A program made the position numbers and the translations under genes. A stretch of 64,000 nt of DNA from Laetmonice hystrix (taxonomy: Eukaryota), in contig OZ249451.1 in NCBI GenBank assembly GCA_965235115.1, forward strand, positions 2,666,001-2,730,000, read 5' to 3'. Positions 51,905 through 63,571 of the stretch are shown piece by piece; within the stretch, counting starts at the first letter, position 1, and the number at the start of each line of letters is the position of its first letter. The notes below the pieces were generated by a model. It worked only from the letters and a program-made list of their open reading frames with translations, did not search any database and was not told the DNA's origin.

Positions 51905-53400
51905 AAGCTGTGTCTGAAAGCTGTTTACAATGCCGGGAGGCCGGGGTACGGCGTGTGTCTGGGACCCTGCGGCCCCTGGTGGCTGGGTTATAGGAGGACT
52001 GCTCGCAGTACTCACACCGGCCGGGCTGTCATGACATCACGTGTCTGACTGCCCCACGGCCATGGTGGGCTGTGTCTGGAAGCTGTTTACAATGCCGGGA
52101 GGCCGGGGTACGGCGTGTGTCTGGGACCCTGCGGCCCCTGGTCTGACTGCTCCACGGCCATGGTGGGCTGTGTCTGGAAGCTGTTTACAATGCCGGGAGG
52201 CCGGGGTACGGCGTGTGTCTGGGACCCTGCGGCCCCTGGTCTGACTGCTCCACGGCCATGGTGGGCTGTGTCTGAAAGCTGTTTACAATGCCGGGAGGCC
52301 GGGGTACGGCGTGTGTCTGGGACCCTGCGGCCCCTGGTCTGACTGCTCCACGGCCATGGTGAGCTGTGTCTGAAAGCTGTTTACAATGCCGGGAGGCCGG
52401 GGTACGGCGTGTGTCTGGGACCCTGCGGCCCCTGGTCTGACTGCTCCACGGCCATGGTGGGCTGTGTCTGGAAGCTGTTTACAATGCCGGGAGGCCGGGG
52501 TACGGCGTGTGTCTGGGACCCTGCGGCCCCTGGTCTGACTGCTCCACGGCCATGGTGGGCTGTGTCTGAAAGCTGTTTACAATGCCGGGAGGCCGGGGTA
52601 CGGCGTGTGTCTGGGACCCTGCGGCCCCTGGTCTGACTGCTCCACGGCCATGGTGAGCTGTGTCTGAAAGCTGTTTACAATGCCGGGAGGCCGGGGTACG
52701 GCGTGTGTCTGGGACCCTGCGGCCCCTGGTCTGACTGCTCCACGGCCATGGTGAGCTGTGTCTGAAAGCTGTTTACAATGCCGGGAGGCCGGGGTACGGC
52801 GTGTGTCTGGGACCCTGCGGCCCCTGGTCTGACTGCTCCACGGCCATGGTGGGCTGTGTCTGGATGCTGTTTACAATGCCGGGAGGCCGGGGTACGGCGT
52901 GTGTCTGGGACCCTGCGGCCCCTGGTCTGACTGCTCCACGGCCATGGTGGGCTGTGTCTGGAAGCTGTTTACAATGCCGGGAGGCCGGGGTACGGCGTGT
53001 GTCTGGGACCCTGCGGCCCCTGGTCTGACTGCTCCACGGCCATGGTGGGCTGTGTCTGAAAGCTGTTTACAATGCCGGGAGGCCGGGGTACGGCGTGTGT
53101 CTGGGACCCTGCGGCCCCTGGTCTGACTGCTCCACGGCCATGGTGAGCTGTGTCTGAAAGCTGTTTACAATGCCGGGAGGCCGGGGTACGGCGTGTGTCT
53201 GGGACCCTGCGGCCCCTGGTCTGACTGCTCCACGGCCATGGTGAGCTGTGTCTGAAAGCTGTTTACAATGCCGGGAGGCCGGGGTACGGCGTGTGTCTGG
53301 GACCCTGCGGCCCCTGGTCTGACTGCTCCACGGCCATGGTGGGCTGTGTCTGGAAGCTGTTTACAATGCCGGGAGGCCGGGGTACGGCGTGTGTCTGGGA
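51905..53400. repeat. 98-bp GC-rich minisatellite, ~14 copies
   Basis: gctgtttacaatgccgggaggccggggtacggcgtgtgtctgggaccctgcggcccctggtctgactgctccacggccatggtgggctgtgtctgaaa. Confidence 0.97.
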
Positions 53401-53719
53401 CCCTACGGGTTATAGGAGGACTGCTCGCAGTACTCACACCGGCCGGGCTGTCATGACATCATCATGTCTGACTGCCCCACGGCCATGGTAAACGTCAAGG
53501 TTCAAACTAGGATTGACATGGGACCTAAAATAAAATTGTGATAAATAATGAGTGTCCCAATCCAAAGTTTGTCGTTTCGATAAAGGACCTGACTTTGTAT
53601 TGTACGTCTCAGTAACAGCCAAAATCATTCTAGGAGGTCAGTGTAATTTGTGGAGGAACCCGGGGTATCCACGGCAACTTTCTCACATGAGGCATGCAAG
53701 AGATTCGAACTGTAAGGAA

Positions 53720-54030
53720 CTGAGAGATGATCAGGAGCGAGGTGTTGAGATCACTGAGAGATGATCAGGAGCGAGGTGTTGACATCACTGAGAGATGATC
53801 AGGAGCGAGGTGTTGAGATCACTGAGAGATGATCAGGAGCGAGGTGTTGAGATCGCTGAGAGATGATCAGGAGCGAGGTGTTGAGATCACTGAGAGATGA
53901 TCAGGAGCGAGGTGTTGAGATCGCTGAGAGATGATCAGGAGCGAGGTGTTGACATCACTGAGAGATGATCAGGAGCGAGGTGTTGACATCACTGAGAGAT
54001 GATCAGGAGCGAGGTGTTGACATCACTGAG
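53720..54030. repeat. 34-bp minisatellite, ~9 copies
   Basis: actgagagatgatcaggagcgaggtgttgagatc. Confidence 0.96.
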
Positions 54031-55545
54031 CCATCGCTCACTTCTGACTAAACATCAAACTTTTCATTCCCATGTACTTTCTCTATGTCAGTCACTATTG
54101 TTCTTTATATGTTAAAAATTGGGCTGTAGGTTATAATGGTAAATTAGGCGAGTTAGAGAGACGTGCTATCCGACATCAATTGTTTTCTACAACAGCTGTG
54201 CCACAAGTAATATCCTCGGGGTATACTACTCTTATACGGCCTCCGGTAAACCACAGTATAACACAAATAATGTGATGAGATTCGAGCTGGAGGACTCACA
54301 GAAAACCTGACTCAGCAAAACATCCGAGACGACAGTAAGCTTGAAAGTGATCCATGTTCTACTCTTACATCATGTTATTATATCGGCGCGCAGACACGAA
54401 CGCGTTTTTTACTAAGGGATACACCGAACTCACGTATAACAGCAAAGACTGCCAATTTTCAGAAGAAGTAAGAAAATCTTAAAATATGGATTTACCTTTT
54501 TAAGAATCACGTTGAAGCTAGGCTTTTATGAAATACAATTGTATCACTGCTGGATTTTCCAATCGTGAACGATCCGTATAGTTCACCGTCGAACAAAAGA
54601 TAGAATATCGCCGGCAGCGAGAGTCTATCCGGACAAATCTGGCATGATCTATGCATAAAACAAATTAAGACGTCCCAGGATGGATAATAAGATTCTAGCT
54701 GGTGCGTCGCGAGTGTTGATAGCGGGCTGAAGGAACAGGTTGTTGTGAAACGGAATCGGGGGCGGGGGTGGGGGTGGGGTGGGGGTGGGGTAACCTGGAG
54801 AAATAACCGTGCAGCAAAACCTGTCGAACCTGTCAATACTTTTAACACTTATAGCTCCGTTCGCATACGGGTAGATATTAATTCACTGCTGTGGGATGCA
54901 ATGCAAAGATCTACGAATGTTTACAAATACAAATACTTTTGGTGGAGTGGAGATTGTGTTCATAATCGGCATTAATGGTCATTACGTCGTTTGTAAACCA
55001 GTTTCCAACTTTAAAACACCATGGATTTGATTCGCCTTTGAACTGACCTTGTCTTTATATATATTTTTCCGGCCTCTCGTTGCATTGTGGGGCAAAAACC
55101 ATGAACCAAGCTATTAATAACTGGCTATGTATATCTGATAGTGATGACGTGAAACATGAATACTCGGGGGGGGGGGGGGGCTGATGTCTCCATGGCACGA
55201 ATCACGTCACAGGACACTGGGGGCATACACAGAGCTATCTACATCCTTTCTAATCGTATCATACTACAATAACAGCGACACGAGACACTCGTGCCATGTA
55301 TACGGACATGTATGGGATCCAGGGGTAGAAATACTTGACACGATATAATTCAATGGTGCATGTAAAACAATTATTGTTCCAACTGCTACTGCCGTTGAGG
55401 TCGACCTCATCAAATACCTGACTAATTAAATCCAAGATAATTATGACAATGGCGATGCAGATATCATATTTCACACCGTGGACTTCCTATTGCAATCGTT
55501 TCGGTGATGCATACAGACTATCGTAAATTCCGATAGTTTCGCAAT

Positions 55546-56126
55546 TCTACGATTACATCTGCAGCCCCATCCCGCACCTGCTATAATTCTACGATTACAT
55601 CTGCAGCTCCATCCCGCACCTGCTATAATTCTACGATTACATCTTCAGCTCCATCTCGCACCTGCTATAATTCTACGATTACATCTGCAGCCCCATCGCG
55701 CACCTGCTATAATTCTACGATTACATCTGCAGCCCCATCGCGCACCTGCTATAATTCTACGATTCCATCTTCAGCTCCATCTCGCACCTGCTATAATTCT
55801 ACGATTACATCTGCAGCCCCATCCCGCACTATAATTCTACGATTACATGTGCAGCCTCATCCCGCACCTGCTATAATTCTACGGTTACATCTGCAGCCCC
55901 ATTCCGCACCTGCTATAATTCTACGATTACATCGTCAGCCCCATTCCGCACCTGCTATAATTCTACGATTACATGTGCAGCCTCATCCCGCACCTGCTAT
56001 AATTCCACGGTTACATCTGCAGCCCCATTCCGCACCTGCTATAATTCTACGATTACATCGTCAGCCCCATTCCGCACCTGCTATAATTCTACGATTACAT
56101 CTTCAGCCCCATTCCGCACCTGCTAC
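55546..56126. repeat. 42-bp minisatellite, ~14 copies
   Basis: ctacgattacatctgcagccccatcccgcacctgctataatt. Confidence 0.96.
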
Positions 56127-56687
56127 CTACTGTGCAGTCTCACAGAACTTTCCACAGTCTAATAGCATCTTTTTGTGTCGTTACAGTCATTGTATTTTGA
56201 ATGAAGCTTTTAACACATGGCAGTGCTTACGATGTAGTGAACACAAATAGATCGTACAAGTATTCGTACTGTGAAAATCGCAATCAAATCGTATCGCACG
56301 GGGTCTTGGGCTGCAGTCGCAAAACCTAATCAGTCCAAAAACAAAACGTGGAGCACTCCAATACTGAATAACGCCCCTCCAACGATAAGTTTTATGTCAC
56401 ACCGCCTGTTCAACACATGCCTGGCAAATCCCTTCTGAGTATTGATAAAATATTAGATCGAGGAGGGGGTTGCAGTTTACTGTGCAATAAATTGATTCCG
56501 CTTGGAAAACTGCTGAGAAATAAAATGTCTTATTCTCTAATGGGTTGCTTAAAATCAAATAGGCTGAGTGGAAAAAGTTAATGTCAATACGAGTGTGCAT
56601 TGGTGAGCCTCTAGGCAGGTTTTGGACGAAGGAAACCGTGAATGAACAGCAGCGCTTTGTGATATTTGGTTAGTTTCACATCGATCT

Positions 56688-57677
56688 AGTTCTGCAGTGA
56701 GGGACTGTAGGTTCTGTAGTGAGGGACTGTAGGTTCTGCAGTGAGGGACTCTAGGTTCTGTAGTGAGGGACTAGGTTCTGCAGTGAGGGACTGTAGGTCG
56801 TGCAGTGAGGGACTAGGTTCTGCAGTGAGGGACTGTAGGTTCTGCAGTGAGGGACTGAAGGTTCTGCAGTGAGGGACTGTAGGTTCTGCAGTGAGGGACT
56901 CTAGGTTCTGTAGTGAGGGACTAGGTTCTGCAGTGAGGGACTGTAGGTCGTGCAGTGAGGGAATGTAGGTTCTGCAGTGAGGGACTGTAGGTTCTGCAGT
57001 GAGGGACTGTAGGTTCTGCAGTGAGGGACTGTAGGTTCTGCAATGAGGGACTGTAGGTTCTGCAGTGAGGGACTGTAGGTTCTGTAGTGAGGGACTAGGT
57101 TCTGCAGTGAGGGACTGTAGGTTCTGCAGTGAGGGACTGTAGGTCGTGCAGTGAGGTACTGTAGGTTCTGCAGTGAGAGACTAGGTTCTGCAGTGAGGGA
57201 CTGTAGGTTCTGCAGTGAGGGACTGTAGGTTCTGTAGTGAGGGACTAGGTTCTGCAGTGAGGGACTGTAGGTTCTGCAGTGAGGGACTGTAGGTTCTACA
57301 GTGAGGGACTCTAGGTTCTGCAGTGAGGGACTGTAGGTTCTACAGTGAGGGACTGTAGGTTCTGCAGTGAGGGACTGTAGGTTCTACAGTGAGGGACTGT
57401 AGGTTCTGCAGTGAGGGAATGTAGGTCGTGCAGTGAGGGACTGTAGGTTCTGTAGTGAGGGACTAGGTTCTTCAGTGAGGGACTGTAGGTTCTGCAGTGA
57501 GGGACTGTAGGTTCTACAGTGAGGGACTGTAGGTTCTGTAGTGAGGGACTGTAGGTTCTACAGTGAGGAACTAGGTTCTGCAGTGAGGAACTAGGTTCTA
57601 CAGTGAGGAACTAGGTTCTGCAGTGAGGGACTGTAGGTTCTACAGTGAGGAACTAGGTTCTGCAGTGAGGGACTGTA
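56688..57677. repeat. 22-bp (20-bp variant) minisatellite, ~45 copies
   Basis: gttctgcagtgagggactgtag. Confidence 0.97.
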
Positions 57678-58425
57678 GAAGTAGAGTAGATGCTCAAAAT
57701 TAACGGGAGTAAACAGATCGATGTTCTCAATATCTTGTGAAATTTTCAAGTTGATATATCAAATAGTCCTTACGTGAGACCAAAATTAACATTGTGTATC
57801 AAAAATTGCTTTTCCAAATTCAGTTGTAAAAACGTCCTACCTGGTTTTACTTGAGCAGGTGGTCAATAGAAGTTTGTGACATAGGGGTTTGGACATATTT
57901 AACGTTAAAGTTCGACAAGTATTGTTTATACCCACCCTATAATTCTATAAACTAAAGACGTATCTCTGTCTGTTTGTAGTTCCGGTTTAACACCACAAAT
58001 TGTAGTTTATCATGGAGAGTTGTCTTTTAAATAAGTATGGAACTAATTATTATTACGGGGAGAGCTTCTATAGCAGGTAATAGCTACATGTAAATGACAA
58101 AGAACATTGTTTAATTGGCTCATTGCGATTTCTCATCGTACCGATATTCTCAGAATTCTCCGCCTGCCAACCGTGCAGACTGGCCGCACACCAACGTGAA
58201 CAGGTTGATTACGGCAAGGACAGATTAGTGAAGTCCTCACCAACTGTCAACTTGTTCACATTCTAACGGACGGCCCATGAGATCACTGTCAAACCACTTC
58301 CGGTGGCCCGCGAGGTGGCGCTCACAGTGCCAGCGCCCCCTGCCGGTACCTCCCAACCATTCTCTGGGATCCTTTGTCAACTGAACCCAGCCAATTGGTA
58401 CGGGTGATGAAGTGATTGTGCTCAC

Positions 58426-58517
58426 CGGCCGTGTTGGCAGCATAAACGGCAAGGAATTCCGATGACAACCAAGTCATTCTGCGTAAAGACCACAACACTT
58501 GTGTGGGAATCCTTACC
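58426..58517 (-). CDS. Candidate exon (VRIPTQVLWSLRRMTWLSSEFLAVYAANTA or GKDSHTSVVVFTQNDLVVIGIPCRLCCQHG)
   Basis: Acceptor tttcctttaatcag (alternative tcgttttgtcag ~31 nt upstream), donor CCG|GTGAGC; two frames open. Confidence 0.35.
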
Positions 58518-58562
58518 CTGATTAAAGGAAACGTACCCGGAACATTGACTGACAAAACGATA

Positions 58563-59187
58563 CAATCATTGCCAGGCGGTGTGGAGAAACAGGTCTGTCA
58601 CACAATCATTGCCAGGCGGTGTGGGGAAACAGGTCTGTCACGACACAATCATTGCCAGGCGGTGTGGGGAAACAGGTCTGTCACACAATCATTGCCAGGC
58701 GGTGTGGGGAAACAGGTCTGTCACATCACAATCAGTGCCAGGCGGTGTGGGGAAACAGGTCTGTCACGACACAATCATTGCCAGGCGGTGTGGGGAAACA
58801 GGTCTGTCACACAATCATTGCCAGGCGGTGTGGGGAATCAGGTCTGTCACACAATCATTGCCAGGCGGTGTGGGGAAACAGGTCTGTCACGACACAATCA
58901 TTGCCAGGCGGTGTGGAGAAACAGGTCTGTCACACAATCATTGCCAGGCGGTGTGGGGAAACAGGTCTGTCACACAATCATTGCCAGGCGGTGTGGGGAA
59001 ACAGGTCTGTCACACAATCATTGCCAGGCGGTGTGGGGAAACAGGTCTGTCACACAATCATTGCCAGGCGGTGTGGGGAAACAGGTCTGTCACACAATCA
59101 TTGCCAGGCGGTGTGGAGAAACAGGTCTGTCACGACACAATCATTGCCAGGCGGTGTGGGGAAACAGGTCTGTCACACAATCATTGC
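58563..59187. repeat. 40/43-bp minisatellite, ~15 copies
   Basis: cacaatcattgccaggcggtgtggggaaacaggtctgtca, with or without a 3-bp insert. Confidence 0.97.
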
Positions 59188-59692
59188 CGTCCATTCCATA
59201 CGGGTGACTTCTCTCCGTGACGTGTGATATCGAGTTAGGACATTCTCACCGCCCAAACACTGAGCACCTAGGAAGTATCGGCATTTATATCCTCCACATT
59301 GACCTGATCGTGTTACCAATCACAAAGGTCGTCCCATTCAGCCCGAGAATCAGGACTGAAATTGTAGATCACAAATTTGATCTTTCAACCGAGATCTTTG
59401 AAATCTGATTTGTCCTGCGACTGCATGAATAACGGCTTCCCTGATTGGCTACCTGACTAGCATGTTACCAAGGGAACGGAAATCCGCAACAAATCTCTCC
59501 GATTGTCTTCCATTGAGTTGGGAATGAAATAAAACCAGGTGTGACCAGGAGGTTGATGGGGTGACCCTTTCCACTTCATTTTGATCTAAACAACAAATGC
59601 CAACATGCGTTATAGTTTCCTTTATATCTACTGGTATAATTAATTACGATTTACGATGATTCTCCGAGAGTTATGGCCTGATAACATTCGCC

Positions 59693-59773
59693 ACACGTCA
59701 CACGTCACACGTCACACGTCACACGTCACAAGTCACAAGTCACAAGTCACACGTCACACGTCACACGTCACAA
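59693..59773. repeat. 7-bp repeat (cacacgt/cacaagt), ~11 copies
   Basis: cacgtcacacgtcac... Confidence 0.92.
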
Positions 59774-59924
59774 GCCTCCTGTCCCTTGTTCCCATCCGCC
59801 TGTACTCTGATTGATGTGCCCAGCCACTCTTCGTCTGTACCTTAAGGCCAGCTGTCTGCACCCTGTCCCGCACCCGGCTCCTTGTGGATGGCGTCGGACC
59901 TAGACCAGACATACATTGTATATA

Positions 59925-60426
59925 CAGGGTGTCCCCCAAAAAGTCCTGGCCAAACTAGGCAACCTTAGAATCTATGTTCCCCGGATCCTGGTGGGAAATC
60001 TTTATTTCATCAAAATCGGTAAAACGAATCAAAAGTTATGTCAGTGCGTGGCTCGTACCGGGTCCTAACTGCGGACCAGCCCCAGATCTGATTATTTGAC
60101 AACAAGAACTGGCCGCCGTAAACAGAGACAATGAAAATTAATTGTAAATAATAATCCTAATTGCAAAAAGTAAAAAGAATGAAGAAAGAAATAAAGTAAT
60201 GAAAATAAAAAAATGCAATAAAAAAAGAATACAAGTCACACAGTCAGTCACTGCTAGTTGAAGGCTGACCTTGCTGCACCGAAAATGACAAAACTTTTGA
60301 TTCGCTTAATTAGTTTTGATGAATTAAAGACTATTTTTCATGTAAGAAGATTCTCGTTCAGGATCCAGGGTAGCATAGATTCAGAGGTTGCCTGGTTTCG
60401 CCTGGGTATTTTGGGGGGAAACCCTG
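59925..60426. mobile_element. Non-autonomous Tc1/mariner-type MITE (~502 bp) with long imperfect TIRs and TA target duplication
   Basis: Left TA|CAGGGTGTCCCCCAAAAAGTCCTGGCCAAACTAGGCAACCTTAGAATCTATGTTCCCCGGATCCTG matches the reverse complement of the right end (CAGGGTTTCCCCCCAAAATACCCAGGCGAAACCAGGCAACCTCTGAATCTATGCTACCCTGGATCCTG). A second inverted block (tctttatttcatcaaaa...cgaatcaaaagttatgtca) extends the match to ~120 bp. TA on both sides; A-rich non-coding core. Confidence 0.85.
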
Positions 60427-61371
60427 TATAAAAAAAGATAAGAATCATGTTTACTGACAACCATTGCGGTTAGATTACAAATACATTAACATAAAGTGTG
60501 GCTATAAAATATATTTTAAATAAATAAAAAAAAATCAAGGGACTAAATTAAGAAATTGTACATTAATTATTATGACTGTCATCTGCGTAGGCACTATGGA
60601 ATGAATGAGTTCATGTATAATTGGTTCGGGCATGGATTTGTAGGTATTCACATATCCGAAGTGGCGCCTGCACAGATTGGAAACCCGTGCCAAAAACCGC
60701 CCTGTCTCATTTTCAATCACACATGCGCTATGGATATGGTTGCCAAGGGCACAGCTGGCAGGACGCCGGGCCAGCAAGTCGGGACGGAGGTTGGAGGAGT
60801 CTGGCTTGGGGCAAAGAACTGACCCCTTCTGATCCTCAGGAGCAAGATACATGACCATCTAAACCATAGAAGTGCTGCCAAAATAAACCCCTGAAACATG
60901 GGGTTGGTCCTGCAGGGACGTCCAACGGAACATATCTGTCGTACATATATATTTAAATATACCATTATTCTCTCGGCGCCAGGAGCTAGCAATGCGCAGG
61001 TGACAGACTCTCAATTTAAAAGGACAACCTTTTATAACGCGTGGTGTGCTAGAAGACAGGTGATCATGACAGTATATACACAATTTGAGATACCTATTGT
61101 GTTGTGTAGATGTATGCTTGACATGGCATTACAAGGTATGGTTTCTTTTTGCTGAAATACCAACGTTTTCTTTGGGATATTCGGTGATTTGAGTACATGT
61201 ACTCAATAAACCCACATACGGAGCAAGACTGATCATGTTAACATAAAATCATTCTCAACCTGGTCATTGACAAACATTTGGCGCTTAAGAAACAAACCAT
61301 GATCCAAGACGAGTGAGACGCTGATAATGTCGTCTGCTTGGACAACACGGCGTCCCGTCGTCTGCCCGCAG

Positions 61372-61439
61372 GTGGACGCTGGACGACATCCTATCAAAAC
61401 ACCACGTTGAGCGGTGTCCGAGACACATCTGGGACGCAG
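61372..61439 (+). CDS. Candidate exon, WTLDDILSKHHVERCPRHIWDA
   Basis: Acceptor cccgtcgtctgcccgcag, donor CAG|GTACAG, phase 2-1; joins the next exon in frame. Confidence 0.45.
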
Positions 61440-62212
61440 GTACAGATTTCCAATTACAGCAGCAGACACCTGCGGGAAGGAGACAACCATTGATTGAGAG
61501 AGGTCGCGGCAGACGAACTGTCCTCCTTATCGTCTGCTTGCCGTGAAAAGCGCGGGGAAAGTGGCAGAAGCATGAAACAAGCGAGAAAACACGGTTATTG
61601 TATTGTTGCCTGCGAGGCCCGAGAATTTATCTACCGGGACTTGGCTATAGTTGACATTAGATTGTGATGGAGGGTTGCTGGGGCAACCGGTTTTTAAGCA
61701 TCAGAAGTAGGCTGTCGAGTTATATCAACATTACGGTAAATCTCAGGAAGCGGCTAAAAAAAGATCGTGTGGAATTTCCATGCGTGATCTACCACACTGG
61801 GGTAGCCCAAGTGACGAGAAGATAGATTAATACAAACACAGTTTGTTCAGGTTCACATACATATTCCGGCGTCACGAAACACTTTACGTTGTCGTAGGCG
61901 TCTTACACTTATGGGCCTTACATTGTAAGCAAAGGATCACTGTTTATTGGTGGCTTTACGAGTTGGTAATTTAGACGATGTCTGTGTCTCAAAACGCTGA
62001 CTATAACCCTAGTATGCCGGCGTTATCAACATGCTGATATGCTCAGCGCTGTGATAACACACAGAATCAATCAATATCTGGTGTTATCCACAGTCAGATA
62101 AGGACGTCCCCCTGGCGGCAGACGGTGGGGTCACTGGCCGCGTCTGCCCCTCACCTTTCACACGACCACGACAGGACACTGCCAACTCCTCGTCCATCTT
62201 CGTCCCCACCAG

Positions 62213-62286
62213 ACGGCGCTCTGCTGTCTCGCACTATAACGCGAGACGAGATTCTCGTCGATAATCCCGTTACACGCTCCCTCCAC
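62213..62286 (+). CDS. Candidate exon, (D)GALLSRTITRDEILVDNPVTRSLH
   Basis: Very strong acceptor ctcctcgtccatcttcgtccccaccag, donor CAC|GTGAGT, phase 1-0. Confidence 0.55.
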
Positions 62287-62326
62287 GTGAGTGGATCATT
62301 TGGGCCGATGAGGGATGGGAGAAGGT

Positions 62327-62402
62327 TATGATAATCAGATGAGGGATGGGGGAAGGTTATGATAATCAGATGAGGGATGGGGGAAGGTTATGATAATCAG
62401 AT
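62327..62402. repeat. 30-bp tandem repeat x2.5
   Basis: gatgagggatgggggaaggttatgataatca-type unit. Confidence 0.88.
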
Positions 62403-63226
62403 GGGCCACTGGCGATAAAATGAAATTATGAGATCGATACATAAAAGGTTTTCATTTAAAGGCCGGGAGGACATTACTGCTGACCTTAATCTGTGTGGCT
62501 GGAAAATGTGTCGCGCTCAGGCGCCTTTCTAATTACACTCCTACTGACAGTGTCGCTCGTTTCCTAACCACAAAGATATAGCTAGCAATTCCCACATTTG
62601 CATAGGATTGATTTCGTATTCATTCAAAACATGAGATCTTGTATTTTATACGCTAAAGACTCGTTACTACACGTCTAGAAACTTTGGTCCAACAGCTAGT
62701 GACAAGGGTCATTGTATTTGACACCTTATTTAATCTATATTCTGCCTCCATAACATTTCCTAAACGCTCATCTCGGACATCATATTTTCGGAATGAGCGA
62801 TAACCTTGACTTGAACAGGTCTGGGACATTAAGAGTTTTGCATATATTTCACGCTCTATTTAACACAGGAAGTGGTATGAAGGGTACTTCCGGTGGTACC
62901 CCCTCGCCCCTAGCCCACCATGCCCCCCCCCCCTTTCACCCCCTCCCCTGCCCCCCACCCTTATTGATGCGCTAGCGGTTTCCGGTTGACTGACTCTAGC
63001 AGACGGCACACATTTCTCGCGCCGTCGTAGCGAACCGCTGGATGAAGAGGGCTGTCTGATTGATACTGTGTTTCTTGCTCGTTCCAGTGACGCAGTGATT
63101 GATGCGCAAAATCCGTGACAACTGCGCCGGCTACAACGGGCTCGGTAGCGAACCCGTTCTAACAGATGGCGCCGATACCAGTGGATACGCAATGATATTC
63201 TCCTAGCGGGTACGGGCCACGACAAG

Positions 63227-63377
63227 ATGAGAGGGACTTCCCCCGGCACGGCGGCCGCCACCGCCGGCACGCTTCTGTCGGTTCTCTCGGCCTCAACCTG
63301 GCTCTATCGACAAACCATCATCTCCACGGCTTTATTAATTGTCCTTGTCCACGCCAACGAATTCATCTGGAAGACCG
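63227..63377 (+). CDS. Probable coding exon with signal-peptide/TM-like segment, MRGTSPGTAAATAGTLLSVLSASTWLYRQTIISTALLIVLVHANEFIWKT(G)
   Basis: ATG in AAGATGA context inside a CpG-rich zone; hydrophobic IISTALLIVLVHA with a V-x-A cleavage-like end; donor CCG|GTAAGC in phase 1. Confidence 0.55.
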
Positions 63378-63571
63378 GTAAGCATGGCTTGGTTCACTCA
63401 CACACATTCTATCCTGATGTAAAGTGCTTGTTAGCAGCGGTCCAAGCAACATCGACGGTCCGACATCAGAAATAGCAGCCACTCAGTCAGTGGCGAACAT
63501 AAGGAGGGGTAATATAAATGGGGAACCCGTGTGAGTTTTTCCCGTGGTAACGTTAGTCTTTCGGTTACATT

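Noticed and set aside
55340-55420. EF-hand-like VFDEVDLNGSSSW
   Set aside because: Loop lacks the position-6 Gly and position-12 Glu; an overlapping frame is equally open.
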